Of a DNA stretch of 32,000 bases, positions 7,757-17,358 are shown in pieces; within the stretch, counting starts at the first letter, position 1; the number at the start of each line of letters is the position of its first letter. The DNA is taken from positions 30,001 to 62,000 of the forward strand of contig JBGQBI010000003.1 in NCBI GenBank assembly GCA_041494705.1, written 5' to 3'. The DNA is from Candidatus Methanoperedens sp. (GTDB taxonomy: Archaea > Halobacteriota > Methanosarcinia > Methanosarcinales > Methanoperedenaceae). The notes beneath the pieces were generated by a model, which made no database searches, was not told the DNA's origin, and was given only the letters and a program-made list of their open reading frames with translations. The position numbers were made by a program, and so were the translations under genes.

Positions 7757-10621
7757 CTATTCAATATAAATGGCCGGCCTCATAGGTGCAGCAAATCGGC
7801 TTTTTCCCTGCGGGTCGTACTCGGGTGCATCCGCGCTTGAAATCTCAATCGGGCAATCAACAGCCCGGCCCAGGAACTCCCTTGCTTCATTCAAAGCTGA
7901 AATCTCATCAAAATCCACATCTATCAATGAATTCATCAATTCCGCATCCATACCCTGGATATCGGTAATCACTTTTTGGGCAAATTTTGGTATTTCCTTC
8001 GCATAAGCGCGTATCGTTGGGTCGCTCATGAGAGCATTCATGAGGTTTTTCATATCAAGAGCATTATCTTTTTTCATCAATATGGCTCTTTTCAGGACAG
8101 TCTTTTTCCATGACGCTGCAGTGTACAATACTACCATTTTTGGTTTTATCTTAATAAGGCGGATTATTTCTTCTATATCCTTGAGGGTGTTGTTTGTTAT
8201 CTCTTCAGCAAGTTCTGCGCCTTTATCAATGAGCGATGGGTCTGCTTCTGGGTATTTCGTTTGCGAGATGAATTTCCCGCCCGATTCCTCTTCAATTTCA
8301 TCGCATATGTGGGGCGTGAAAGGCGCCATCAACCTTATCCAGATGTCAAGAACCCGTTTCCTGACGGCGCTTCCGCCCCTGCGTTCATACCATTTCATAT
8401 CGTTCATGAGAAGGTAAAATGCATTCTGGACAGCTCTTCTTGTCTGCATTTTATTAAGAGCATCCGTAGTTTCCTGTATCCTGTATTGCAATTTGCTTAA
8501 CATCCATTTATCAATGAATTTTAATTCCCCTGCTTCCTCCACATTTTTATCATGTATAATATCGAAAGCGGTTTTATAGAATCTTTCAATCTGTTTCCTG
8601 GTGGATTCCACATCAGCCGCGCGCCAGTCTGCATCCTGTACATGTTCTGCCGTGCTCAGGATATAAAGGCGCGTGATATCTGCCCCGAATTCCTTAACCG
8701 CTGATTTCAATGTGAGCAGGGGTCCTTTTGATTTACTCATCTTTTCGCCTTCAAGCGATACAAAACCATTGATGGCAATCGCGTGTGGCCATAGGGTTTC
8801 CGGGAATATAGCTACATGGTGGAAAAGGAAAAACAACAGGTGATTCGGGATCAAATCCTTCCCGGAAGTGCGCAAATCAACAGGATACCAGTACATGAAA
8901 TCATTTCTGATTCCTTTGATGACGCTGATATCAATCCCGGTCTTTGCTGCCGTATTTTCAGGTGAGCCCTGACCGAGCAGGCAATAATTGAAAAACTCAT
9001 CTTTCAGTTGTTCTGGTTTGAACTTATCAAGGTATTTTGCAATGATATAATAACACATGTAGATGGTGGAATCGCCCAGGGATTCTATCATCCATTCCTT
9101 ATCCCATGGAAGTCTTGTCCCCAGTCCCTTTTTTCGTGCGCATGCCTTATCTTTTAACCAGTCAATCTTATTTTCAAAATCCACCCTGAGTTCAGGCGGG
9201 ATTATTTGCATGCCGGCAAGGCATTTATAGACCTGTTCTTTCCATGATGGTTCTGAATAATTCAGGAACCACTGGTCTTTTACCATTTTAATAACGCATG
9301 TCGCCCCGCACCTGCATATAACAGGCTGCTCGCTGAATTCATAGAAAACGTCAGCTATCCCCTGTGAAATAAGGTCGCGGGTCAGCACGTCTTTTATTTT
9401 AGAAACCGACATGCCTGCATATTTTCCTGTGGTTTCTGTCAGCACGCCGCCGTGAAATTCCCGCCTGTAAACAAGTTTTGTCGCTTCCTCAGCTTTCGGG
9501 TCGTTCTGGTCTTTGACTTTTAATCCATTGACCGCATCCACAGCAGGGTATTTTCCGTATTCAGGCACCTTAATCAGGGAAATTAGCGGGATTGATGAAA
9601 CGTCTTCGGTTATTCCGTATTTTGTCAGTTCTTTGCCTTTTAAATCGCGAAGCGCAAGATAATCGTAGGGCGCATGAGCAGGCACGCTCATGACGATACC
9701 GCTCCCGTTCACGGCGCTCACAAATGAAGCCGGCAATATCAAAACATAAGAACCAGTGACCGGGTTTTTCACTTTTTTGCCTATTAATTCCTCGCCGTTT
9801 ACATCGCCTTCAAGCTCCACATTTTTATCCGTAAATTTAAGCTTAAGATAGGCTTCTTTGCTGACTATCCACGTCTCATCGTTCACCTTGATTCTCACAT
9901 GATGGTTTTGCGGATTCACCCAAAGGTTCGTCACCCCGAACACAGTTTCAGGGCGCAATGTGGCGCAGGGAAGAATATCATTATTAAGTTTGAATTTGAT
10001 AAGCGTATAATCAATTATTGTGGCATCTTCGCCTCTCAGGATATCGTGGTCTTCAACCGGATTCTCATCGTTCGGGCACCATCTGACAGGATGCGCTCCT
10101 TTCACCACCTTATTTTTGTCATGGAGAAGGTTGAACTGCCATGTTATGAATTTCTGGTAATGCGGGTCGGTAGTTGTGAATTTTCTTCTCCAGTCGATTG
10201 AAAACCCAATGCTTTTCATAGCCGCTTCAGCTTCCCTGCTGAAATATTCTACAATTTGCTCTGGAGTCTGTATGGTATCCAGGATATCAAGCGGTATTTC
10301 ATGGAGCTTATTATAAACACGTATTGTCTCGGGGTCCTTTTTCTGTATCTGTTCAGCCAGGCCCACTATCGGAGTTCCCGTGGCATGGAAACCCATGGGG
10401 AAAAGGACGTTGTAACCCTGCATGCGTTTGTATCGCGCAATTACATCGCCTATCGTGAACGTCCTGGTATGACCTGCATGAAGGTTCCCGTTTAAATACG
10501 GATATGGTATCGTGATAAAAAACTTTTTTTGATTATCGGGCTCAGCCTCGTATATTTTTGCCTCTGCCCATTTACGCTGCCATTTTTCCTCTATTTCCTG
10601 CGGGCCATACCTTTCTTTCAT
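7757..10621 (-). CDS. leuS: Leucyl-tRNA synthetase (archaeal-type, class Ia)
   Basis: 954 aa. It has the HIGH-type motif (NLHAGHTRT), the KMSKS motif (GEKMSKSKGP) and an editing-domain insertion. The length and C-terminal extension are typical of archaeal LeuRS. Confidence 0.96.
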   Translation of the reverse strand: MKERYGPQEIEEKWQRKWAEAKIYEAEPDNQKKFFITIPYPYLNGNLHAGHTRTFTIGDVIARYKRMQGYNVLFPMGFHATGTPIVGLAEQIQKKDPETIRVYNKLHEIPLDILDTIQTPEQIVEYFSREAEAAMKSIGFSIDWRRKFTTTDPHYQKFITWQFNLLHDKNKVVKGAHPVRWCPNDENPVEDHDILRGEDATIIDYTLIKFKLNNDILPCATLRPETVFGVTNLWVNPQNHHVRIKVNDETWIVSKEAYLKLKFTDKNVELEGDVNGEELIGKKVKNPVTGSYVLILPASFVSAVNGSGIVMSVPAHAPYDYLALRDLKGKELTKYGITEDVSSIPLISLIKVPEYGKYPAVDAVNGLKVKDQNDPKAEEATKLVYRREFHGGVLTETTGKYAGMSVSKIKDVLTRDLISQGIADVFYEFSEQPVICRCGATCVIKMVKDQWFLNYSEPSWKEQVYKCLAGMQIIPPELRVDFENKIDWLKDKACARKKGLGTRLPWDKEWMIESLGDSTIYMCYYIIAKYLDKFKPEQLKDEFFNYCLLGQGSPENTAAKTGIDISVIKGIRNDFMYWYPVDLRTSGKDLIPNHLLFFLFHHVAIFPETLWPHAIAINGFVSLEGEKMSKSKGPLLTLKSAVKEFGADITRLYILSTAEHVQDADWRAADVESTRKQIERFYKTAFDIIHDKNVEEAGELKFIDKWMLSKLQYRIQETTDALNKMQTRRAVQNAFYLLMNDMKWYERRGGSAVRKRVLDIWIRLMAPFTPHICDEIEEESGGKFISQTKYPEADPSLIDKGAELAEEITNNTLKDIEEIIRLIKIKPKMVVLYTAASWKKTVLKRAILMKKDNALDMKNLMNALMSDPTIRAYAKEIPKFAQKVITDIQGMDAELMNSLIDVDFDEISALNEAREFLGRAVDCPIEISSADAPEYDPQGKSRFAAPMRPAIYIE

Positions 10622-10654
10622 TCGCCCTTTTGCACAACCTATAAGTAAAAAGCT

Positions 10655-12799
10655 TTAACGGTTTGGCTCGACTTTATAAACAACCACATCCCCGTATTCG
10701 AATACTTTTTCAAACCTTTCAGGATGTGAGTCAAACAACCTCGGGCTATATCTTTTTGTCTCAGCCTCGCCAAAATAGATATACGATACATTGTATTTCT
10801 TTAAAAGCGCATCAACCTCATCCAGTCTAAGAGACGTGTACATCGTATTAACATCAGACCAGCGGGCGTCTATTTCTTTCCGGGATGGGAATCTCCAGTT
10901 AAGCTCATGCCCAGCCCATCCTATAACAGTGGGAAGTCCTGTAAATGCTGTTATATACGTATTCCATTGATACAAATCCCCAGACGCCTGCAAAACCACT
11001 GGCTGCCCCGTTATGTTCTTGAACCACATAATAGCCATGTAATCCTGGGGGTGTTCCTTTTTTACATACAATTCCCCATCAAGGGATGGTTCTCCCCTGA
11101 ACATTCCCGACTTTCCGATAGTGGCAAATAGCGGATATACGGAAACCATCAGGATCAGGATTATTGCAAAAATTCCCCACCTCTTTTTTTGGGAAAAGGA
11201 ATCCCTGAATTGGAATATTGCATAGCCGGCAGGAACAGCCCATAGAATCCAGTTGTCAAGATATAATTTAAAGACCGTATTTAATCTTATATAGGCGGGA
11301 TTTGCGCTTCCAAGAGCATCTTTTATATAAAAAAGTTCGCAGAACAATGATAATAGAATGCCCGTTATTATCAGGATTATCACAAAAACCCGGGTCTTAT
11401 CCTGTTCTTTTAAAATTGACAGGATTGACAGGATTAGCAGAGGGACAAGCAAAATTAATAATTCAAACTTCAATGCCAGTGAGAGAATGGAAAGCAAAAT
11501 GAGGGCTGTTATTAAATACAGCGGCCTGGGGAATGATTTTTTGGATTTCGAGATGACAAACCTGGATATTAAGTAAAGGAACAATCCATAGATTACAAGA
11601 TAATATACAAGCTGCGTCCGTCCGCCTGATACAAATGAAATGGTCTTTTCGAGATTATATGAAATATGATACGGTAGATAGAATAGATAACTGAATACAG
11701 CCATAGCGACTATTGCCACGATTGTTTTTAAATATTGTTTTGATGCGGCTGGCTTTGCATTTTTTTTTGATAAAAATAAATTAGAACCGATGATAAAGAC
11801 TGACAGAACGAGGTAAACCGGGTAATCCCATGTATTCAATGGATACAGGAAGCCTATAGCCAGTCCAAGTGCCAGTACTGGAATAGTCTCAAGTTTTTTG
11901 GATTTGAAGATGTTAAGCAAAAGGAGAAGAATAAGAAGCTGGAAAGTGATGGATATCATGTGGGCATGGACATCGCCCTGGAGAAAACTGAAAAACGGGA
12001 ACTCATTAATTGTATCGGGAATAACACGCGAGCTTGGCCAGTAATTGAACGACAGGATGTTATCTATCACATTATTTTTGCTGAACAACACATCCATTAA
12101 CTGAAAAAAACCCACAAGGTTTCCTGCTATTGTTACAAGAAATGCAGTAATAATCCCGTACTTCATTTTTTCGGTGAGGTTATATCCAATACCTATCGCG
12201 GTTGTAAAAGCAAGGGCAAAAAATGAGGCTGTGGCAAGGTTGAACGCTATGGATGGCAAAACCGCGGTGAGCTTTATCAAATCAGCTACAATGAGGTAGC
12301 CGAAATAATAATAATACATTGCTGTACCTGACATCCACGGGTCCTGCGGCGGGAATTGCGCCGCCCGGAGGATGCCGTTAATAAACGACATGTCCATAAA
12401 TTTCTCACCGCCTGTCCAGTAAATATCCGGGCTGTATGCGCGGATTATCGCAAAAGCAACAAAAGCTGCGGCAAACAGGAGTTCAAATTGGATTAAATAT
12501 TTTTTATCAACCTGCGGTTTTCCCTTTACAAGACAAATTACAAGAGAACATGCTCCGATAATTACCAGAGAAATCAAAACTGAAAAATAAGAGTATCCGG
12601 AAAACATTGAAATAATCCAGCTAATATACGTCAGGAGCAATAATCCAAGAGGCTTTGAGATGGAGTATCCGTTGTCCTTCAAATTTCGGGCAAGTTGGGA
12701 AGCGATAGGAAAGGCTGCCAAACCTACTATTTCTAAAACCAGCCACCAGATTAAGATATCAAACAGGTTTAATCCCATAAAGCTTAACACCAAAGGCAT
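10655..12799 (-). CDS. Large polytopic membrane protein, DUF2298 / chlor_Arch_YYY family (GT-C-like putative glycosyltransferase)
   Basis: 714 aa with more than 12 TM segments. The hallmark Tyr run is present (GTAMYYYYFGYLIVA), and the soluble C-terminal domain ends YGDVVVYKV. It ends 33 nt upstream of leuS on the same strand. Confidence 0.75.
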   Translation of the reverse strand: MPLVLSFMGLNLFDILIWWLVLEIVGLAAFPIASQLARNLKDNGYSISKPLGLLLLTYISWIISMFSGYSYFSVLISLVIIGACSLVICLVKGKPQVDKKYLIQFELLFAAAFVAFAIIRAYSPDIYWTGGEKFMDMSFINGILRAAQFPPQDPWMSGTAMYYYYFGYLIVADLIKLTAVLPSIAFNLATASFFALAFTTAIGIGYNLTEKMKYGIITAFLVTIAGNLVGFFQLMDVLFSKNNVIDNILSFNYWPSSRVIPDTINEFPFFSFLQGDVHAHMISITFQLLILLLLLNIFKSKKLETIPVLALGLAIGFLYPLNTWDYPVYLVLSVFIIGSNLFLSKKNAKPAASKQYLKTIVAIVAMAVFSYLFYLPYHISYNLEKTISFVSGGRTQLVYYLVIYGLFLYLISRFVISKSKKSFPRPLYLITALILLSILSLALKFELLILLVPLLILSILSILKEQDKTRVFVIILIITGILLSLFCELFYIKDALGSANPAYIRLNTVFKLYLDNWILWAVPAGYAIFQFRDSFSQKKRWGIFAIILILMVSVYPLFATIGKSGMFRGEPSLDGELYVKKEHPQDYMAIMWFKNITGQPVVLQASGDLYQWNTYITAFTGLPTVIGWAGHELNWRFPSRKEIDARWSDVNTMYTSLRLDEVDALLKKYNVSYIYFGEAETKRYSPRLFDSHPERFEKVFEYGDVVVYKVEPNR

Positions 12800-13186
12800 T
12801 TAATCCTTTTTCAGATATATAACAAACATGGTATCATGTGGGACTGTGAAAACTTAGCGAAGGTGATTTAACCAGAGAGACGTCAAGAAGATTGAAAATC
12901 AAATAGAGAGGCGTAAACTTTATTTAATGATACGCTAAAATGCAGGATGGGTATATCGATGGAAGACAAAGTAGATGCAATAATAAAAGGGAAGGCTAAA
13001 CCAAAACTCTCATATTATATTAGCCCGCAATGGATAAAAATTGCATTAATAATATTTTTGCTATTTGTAACGTTAGAGGCGTTCGGGTTAGTGTGAAGGC
13101 AAAATCGTCATTGAGAAGGCATAAAAATATATGACAGAATGCTTGCGGGTTCTCACATAGCTACAAAACCAAAGCGAGCCTCAAAT

Positions 13187-14764
13187 TTATTTCCCTGTGA
13201 CCCCATCTATTTTCAGGCTCCTGTTTTCCAGGTTTACAAACCATATGGGGTAATAAAAAACCTCAAATTTTGTTATGTCAGCTTCATCCTCTATACCCTT
13301 TATTATTTTTCGTAAAACATCCTCTGTAAGCGCCTGTTTGTTCGTCCTTCCGGAAATTTGCCGTATCTCAGGATGGCTTAAAGACTGTTTTAAATCCGGG
13401 GGTTCAAAGTTAATAAGAAAAGAATATAATTTTAAATTTCCTTCTTTTGAAAAAGTTACCATCTTTCTATCCTGTAGATGGTGTATGATAGTTCTTATTG
13501 TCGTCTCGGACAGTTTGGTTTTAAGTTCAAGATCTCCGATTGTAATTTTTTTATTTCTATAAATTTCCAACAGAATCCTGATCTCGTTTTCATTCAAACC
13601 GATTAATTTAGAAATACCTGTTGAGTATTTTAATCCATATTTTATATCCACAAATTCGCCACTTGCAGAATCTACTATAAGTGAATGCGATGCAAGGCTC
13701 TTCGTGATAAATCCCTCCGGAGCGGTTACTTCAACCCGGACAAACGGATGATAGATAAGCTCGATAGATTTCACATGCTCCTTTTCCCCGAACAGCCAGT
13801 ATTTTTTCTTTCTTTTACCATCAACGATAGCTTCTATCTGCTCTTTTGAAATTTTCGCCTCAACTCCTTTTAATTTTCTCTCGCCAGACTCATAAGCCTC
13901 TTTTACTTTCTCCTTCTCCTCTGTCTCCTCCGGTATCCCTGCAAAACCCAGGCTTGTTTTTAGCTCGGTAATTTTGCCTGTCGCCTTTGGAATCAGTTTC
14001 GGGGTAAGACCTTTATGCTGTGTTATTCTCTGGACGGTCTGCATCCGGGTTTTTTCTTTCACCACATTCCCCATCACAAAAAATTCGCCGGTGTTCAATT
14101 TAGGCAATAGTTCCAGTTCTTTCCTGTCAACAAAAAACAAATCTACCGCTTTTAAATCGTTTTCTGTTGTTAATTTCCCGATAAGCTGGTTTCCGCACTG
14201 GGACAGGACATTCTTATTTACAAGCGAGGGTCTTTGCGTCGCGACAAGCAAACCCAACCCCCGTTTTCTCCCTCTTTTAGAAATCTCCTCGATATTCTTT
14301 ATGGAGTCCTTGCTTTGCGGAACAAACCTGTCAGCCTCCTCGATAATCAATAAATACGGCTGCTTTACCTGGCTTTCGATTTCATATAATTTACCTGCAA
14401 AATCAGAAACAACTTTTCTTTGATCCAGGACATCCGATACATCTAAAATTAAAGAGACATTATCTTTTATTGATTTTGTTATGAGGTCATAGAAATCAAC
14501 TTCTATACTGACATCCGCTTCTTCCCCGCCAACCCAGAGCAGTTGGAACTTTTCCTTCAAAGAGAAATACTCCCCTTCCGTATCAACTATACAAAAAGCG
14601 ATATTATTTTGCAGCAGTTGTTCGCAGAGTACGGCTATTAAGTAGCTTTTACCACTCCCGCTTTGACCTATCACGCACGTTCTTCCGGTAACAAATTCCT
14701 GTGCATCTATGAATACGTCTTTTGTATCCGTTTTTCCAGTAAGAAGCTGTATTTTGTCAGTCAT
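13187..14764 (-). CDS. HerA/FtsK-like (DUF87-type) P-loop ATPase fused to a C-terminal region containing a winged-helix DNA-binding domain
   Basis: 525 aa. It has Walker A (VIGQSGSGKSYL), Walker B (YLLIIEEADRF) and ATQRPS (LLVATQRPSLV), which is characteristic of HerA/FtsK-type ATPases. In the C-terminal half the wHTH reads LNENEIRILLEIYRNKKITIGDLELKTKLSETTIRTIIHHLQDRKMV. It is flanked by two beta-hairpin-like modules (IELIYHPFVRVEV..SLIVDSASGEFV and FEVFYYPIWFVNL..SLKIDGVTGK). Confidence 0.7.
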   Translation of the reverse strand: MTDKIQLLTGKTDTKDVFIDAQEFVTGRTCVIGQSGSGKSYLIAVLCEQLLQNNIAFCIVDTEGEYFSLKEKFQLLWVGGEEADVSIEVDFYDLITKSIKDNVSLILDVSDVLDQRKVVSDFAGKLYEIESQVKQPYLLIIEEADRFVPQSKDSIKNIEEISKRGRKRGLGLLVATQRPSLVNKNVLSQCGNQLIGKLTTENDLKAVDLFFVDRKELELLPKLNTGEFFVMGNVVKEKTRMQTVQRITQHKGLTPKLIPKATGKITELKTSLGFAGIPEETEEKEKVKEAYESGERKLKGVEAKISKEQIEAIVDGKRKKKYWLFGEKEHVKSIELIYHPFVRVEVTAPEGFITKSLASHSLIVDSASGEFVDIKYGLKYSTGISKLIGLNENEIRILLEIYRNKKITIGDLELKTKLSETTIRTIIHHLQDRKMVTFSKEGNLKLYSFLINFEPPDLKQSLSHPEIRQISGRTNKQALTEDVLRKIIKGIEDEADITKFEVFYYPIWFVNLENRSLKIDGVTGK

Positions 14765-14923
14765 AGAATCGTATGTGACGTTTTCTTAAATTTTAATAGC
14801 TATGTTGAGTGTGCTTCAGCAATACGGCAGCCCAATGCTATTATAACGACAATCCCGGTCGTTCCTCTTATTGAGAGATGATTTGTTTATCATTATATAT
14901 AAATCGGTAGTGTATGACTATTT

Positions 14924-15637
14924 TCAATCCCAGAGGAATTCATACCATAACCTGAATATCTGCGACCCCATCCCGAAAACATCTCTGATTAAATTAACTT
15001 TTGTAGCGCCGCCGTGCCTCCATTCTACCGGGAATTCTTTTACCCTGTATCCTGCTCGCTGCGCCCTGACGAATAACTCCGTATCCCAAAACCAGTGCGT
15101 GTCTTTTACATTATCCATAATCTCAAATAGAGATGAGCGCTTGAAAGATTTGAATCCGCACTGGTGGTCATAGAGCCTGGAGCCCAGCATGAGGCGCGTC
15201 AGGAAATTGAACCCCTTGCTTGCAAGCCCCCTCTTAAAAGGTCTCTTGACATTGCTCTCAGGAAGCATGCGTGAACCTGTGGCAAAATCATAACCGTTTC
15301 GGATGAACTGGACAAACTCTCTCAGATACTTCATGTCCGTGGCAAGGTCGACGTCGATGTATCCGAGAATCTCTCCTTTCGAGACCTTAAAGGCGCGGTT
15401 CAGTGCGCGACCACGTCCCTGACGTTCATCCGAGTGCAGGTGCACTACAAAATCGTATTTCTTTGAAAGAGATTCGGAAATCCTGTCTGTCCCGTCTTTA
15501 CTTCCATCCTCGGCTATTATGATTTCAAATGATGGCGTTATTCCACGAAGGGCGCAAGCAGTTTTTTCTACAGCATCCTCTATCCTTGCCGCTTCGTTGT
15601 AGGCGGGCAGGACGACTGAAACTTCTATGTTATCCAT
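14924..15637 (-). CDS. Family 2 glycosyltransferase (dolichyl-phosphate sugar synthase-like)
   Basis: 237 aa with GT-A motifs VSVVLPAYNEAARIE, IIIAEDGSKDGT and the DxD motif in YIDVDLATD. Confidence 0.85.
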   Translation of the reverse strand: MDNIEVSVVLPAYNEAARIEDAVEKTACALRGITPSFEIIIAEDGSKDGTDRISESLSKKYDFVVHLHSDERQGRGRALNRAFKVSKGEILGYIDVDLATDMKYLREFVQFIRNGYDFATGSRMLPESNVKRPFKRGLASKGFNFLTRLMLGSRLYDHQCGFKSFKRSSLFEIMDNVKDTHWFWDTELFVRAQRAGYRVKEFPVEWRHGGATKVNLIRDVFGMGSQIFRLWYEFLWD

Positions 15638-15683
15638 AGTTCCGGATTTTAATGAAAACCTTTAGGAAAGTTTTATCAAAACA

Positions 15684-15734
15684 AGGGGACGTCGCACGTC
15701 CCCTATACGTCATAAAGGGGCGTAACCCTTTATG
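15684..15734 (-). terminator. Two adjacent perfect hairpins downstream of the small ORF, followed on the minus strand by a T-rich run
   Basis: Hairpin 1 is aGGGGACG-tcgca-CGTCCCCt (15684-15704). Hairpin 2 is CATAAAGGG-gcgtaa-CCCTTTATG (15711-15734). On the minus strand they are followed by TTGTTTTGAT (complement of 15675-15684). The structural call is seen directly; terminator function is inferred. Confidence 0.3.
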
Positions 15735-15742
15735 AATGTGTT

Positions 15743-15901
15743 TTATTTCATTCCATACACATTCTTTTTCCGCCTTTCGATTGTGTCGTTCAGCCTGTCG
15801 CGGTCCGAAAAAGGCGGTTTTACTTCTGCAAGTTTCTTCTCTTCCCTTACTGGCGGCTTGCGTTTCCGGGTTTCCCATACATTATCGTATATCTCTGACA
15901 T
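15743..15901 (-). CDS. Unannotated small, highly charged protein (52 aa), below the ORF-track cutoff
   Basis: My translation is MSEIYDNVWETRKRKPPVREEKKLAEVKPPFSDRDRLNDTIERRKKNVYGMK*. An AGGTGA Shine-Dalgarno lies 7 nt upstream of the ATG (15901..15899). The TAA stop is at 15745..15743, and the twin hairpins follow immediately downstream. Confidence 0.35.
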   Translation of the reverse strand: MSEIYDNVWETRKRKPPVREEKKLAEVKPPFSDRDRLNDTIERRKKNVYGMK

Positions 15902-15970
15902 TCTATACTCACCTGTTCAGCACAGTGTTTGGTACTCAATTATCTTCATTCTTAATAAAGCGGAGGTATG

Positions 15971-16753
15971 CTAATATGTTTCCTTCTCAGGCATGATATT
16001 TTTAATCATCCAGTTAATTCCGCCAATGACGCCATTTTTCAAAATACCTATATTTTCTATCTCAATTTCGACATTGTCGCCGACCGTGAGTTCACCAACT
16101 CCCGGTGGTGTGCCAGTCGCAATTATGTCCCCGCGTTCAAGCGTCATGACTCTTGAAATGAATTCGATTAACTGCGGAACACCGAAAATAAGATTGGCAG
16201 TACTTGAATCCTGCCTCAATTCACCATTCACGTGGGTTCTAATACGAAGATCGCTGATATCCTCAGCAGGGTCTGCTATAAAAGGACCTACGGGAGCAAA
16301 GGTATCAAAACTCTTGGATCTTGTCCACTGGATATCTTCCTTCTGTACGTCCCTTGCCGTCACATCATTGAAACACGAATATCCCATTATTATGCTTCCA
16401 GCATCGGCTGCCCGTACATTCTTGCATCGTTTTCCGATTATTACTGCAAGTTCCGCTTCATAGTCCAGCCGTTTAACATTTTCCGGATAAACTATATTTT
16501 CCATATGACCTATTACCGCGGAGGGGGGCTTTAAGAATAACAAAGGATTTTTGGGTATGGGCATGTTTAATTCCTTTGCATGGTCTTTGTAGTTGAGACC
16601 CACGCAGATTATCTTGCTTGGCTGGGCCGGGGGGAGTAACTGGAGTTCTGAGAGTACAAATGTATCGCTATACAACCCCCTGTCAACAATGACGCGTTCT
16701 CCTTTTACATCGCCGTAAAATACCTCATTCTCGAATTTGAACCTTCCAATCAT
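15971..16753 (-). CDS. Fumarylacetoacetate hydrolase (FAH) family protein
   Basis: FAH motifs are present (GLNYKDHAKE, DYEAELAVIIGK, SKSFDTFAPVGP, GDIIATGTPPGVG). The track ORF extends to 16852. However, the internal start MIGRFKFENEVFYG at 16753 has a GGAGGA Shine-Dalgarno 9 nt upstream (16763-16768) and matches the usual family N-terminus. Confidence 0.85.
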   Translation of the reverse strand: MIGRFKFENEVFYGDVKGERVIVDRGLYSDTFVLSELQLLPPAQPSKIICVGLNYKDHAKELNMPIPKNPLLFLKPPSAVIGHMENIVYPENVKRLDYEAELAVIIGKRCKNVRAADAGSIIMGYSCFNDVTARDVQKEDIQWTRSKSFDTFAPVGPFIADPAEDISDLRIRTHVNGELRQDSSTANLIFGVPQLIEFISRVMTLERGDIIATGTPPGVGELTVGDNVEIEIENIGILKNGVIGGINWMIKNIMPEKETY

Positions 16754-16895
16754 ACGCTTTTTTCCTCCATCGTTTTTCCTTTCAGGCAGGTATTCTTTTT
16801 TCGGTTGCAGACATGAATATCCGGACATATTAATATTTTGATTGGTCTTCATATAAAATGGTTTAATCGAAACCTTTATACATCATTAGCATAAT

Positions 16896-16925
16896 TATGA
16901 TAATCATGGTATGTTTGTTATCATA
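16896..16925. promoter_or_regulatory. Inverted repeat TATGATAA-N14-TTATCATA immediately upstream of the RHH gene; candidate autoregulatory operator
   Basis: The arms are at 16896-16903 and 16918-16925. An internal palindrome ATGATAATCAT is also present. GGAGG (16927-16931) and the ATG (16942) follow. Confidence 0.3.
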
Positions 16926-16941
16926 CGGAGGAATAAATGAG

Positions 16942-17079
16942 ATGAAGATTGTTCACGTACAGTCGGTACTACCACAGGAAGATGTCACGGCGCTGAAGGA
17001 AAAAACCGGAGAGTCCTCTGTCAAAGAAGCAATCTCAAAAGCAGTATATCACTATTTGAAATATGGTGCTGAAGAATAA
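16942..17079 (+). CDS. Ribbon-helix-helix (CopG/Arc-like) small DNA-binding protein
   Basis: 45 aa from the internal ATG preceded by GGAGG: MKIVHVQSVLPQEDVTALKEKTGESSVKEAISKAVYHYLKYGAEE. The pattern of a beta-strand followed by two helices is typical of RHH. The track ORF start at 16897 is unlikely because it lacks an RBS and is hydrophobic. Confidence 0.55.
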   Translation: MKIVHVQSVLPQEDVTALKEKTGESSVKEAISKAVYHYLKYGAEE

Positions 17080-17080
17080 C

Positions 17081-17344
17081 ATGAACAAAATTCCCAGGTA
17101 TTTTTCATCTGTTAAGATTAAAAACCAGCAAACTGAGTATCTGGACATCTCACTTGGGTTTGAGAAAAACGGGGCGATGAGATTGTGTTTCCAGGACACT
17201 GCGGAACTGGAACAGGATTCGAATTATATTAATGAAACCGCTTATCCCAATAGCGGATTAATAGTGTATGGAATGTGTTCGATGTGGCTTTCCATGTTTT
17301 CAAGACATGTGAAGCAATCCTTTGAAGATGATGAAATAGAATAG
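17081..17344 (+). CDS. Hypothetical protein (87 aa) translationally coupled to the RHH gene
   Basis: An ATG lies 1 nt after the RHH TAA stop. The sequence MNKIPRYFSSVKIKNQQTEYLDISLGFEKNGAMRLCF... matches no family I recognise. A hairpin plus T8 follows. Confidence 0.4.
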   Translation: MNKIPRYFSSVKIKNQQTEYLDISLGFEKNGAMRLCFQDTAELEQDSNYINETAYPNSGLIVYGMCSMWLSMFSRHVKQSFEDDEIE

Positions 17345-17358
17345 GAAGCCATAATGTT

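Noticed and set aside
12947-13096. A 49-aa + strand ORF (MGISMEDKVDAIIKGKAKPKLSYYISPQWIKIALIIFLLFVTLEAFGLV) with a C-terminal hydrophobic helix, in the gap between the DUF2298 gene and the HerA-like gene.
   Set aside because: It is plausible as a tail-anchored mini-protein. However, it has no convincing Shine-Dalgarno and no family match I can recall, and I have no conservation data. It is too weak to call as a feature.
15630-15878. An 82-aa minus-strand track ORF between the FAH and GT2 genes.
   Set aside because: It reads straight through both perfect hairpins and overlaps the GT2 start. It lacks an RBS. The 52-aa ORF in another frame, which has AGGTGA at the right spacing, explains the region better.
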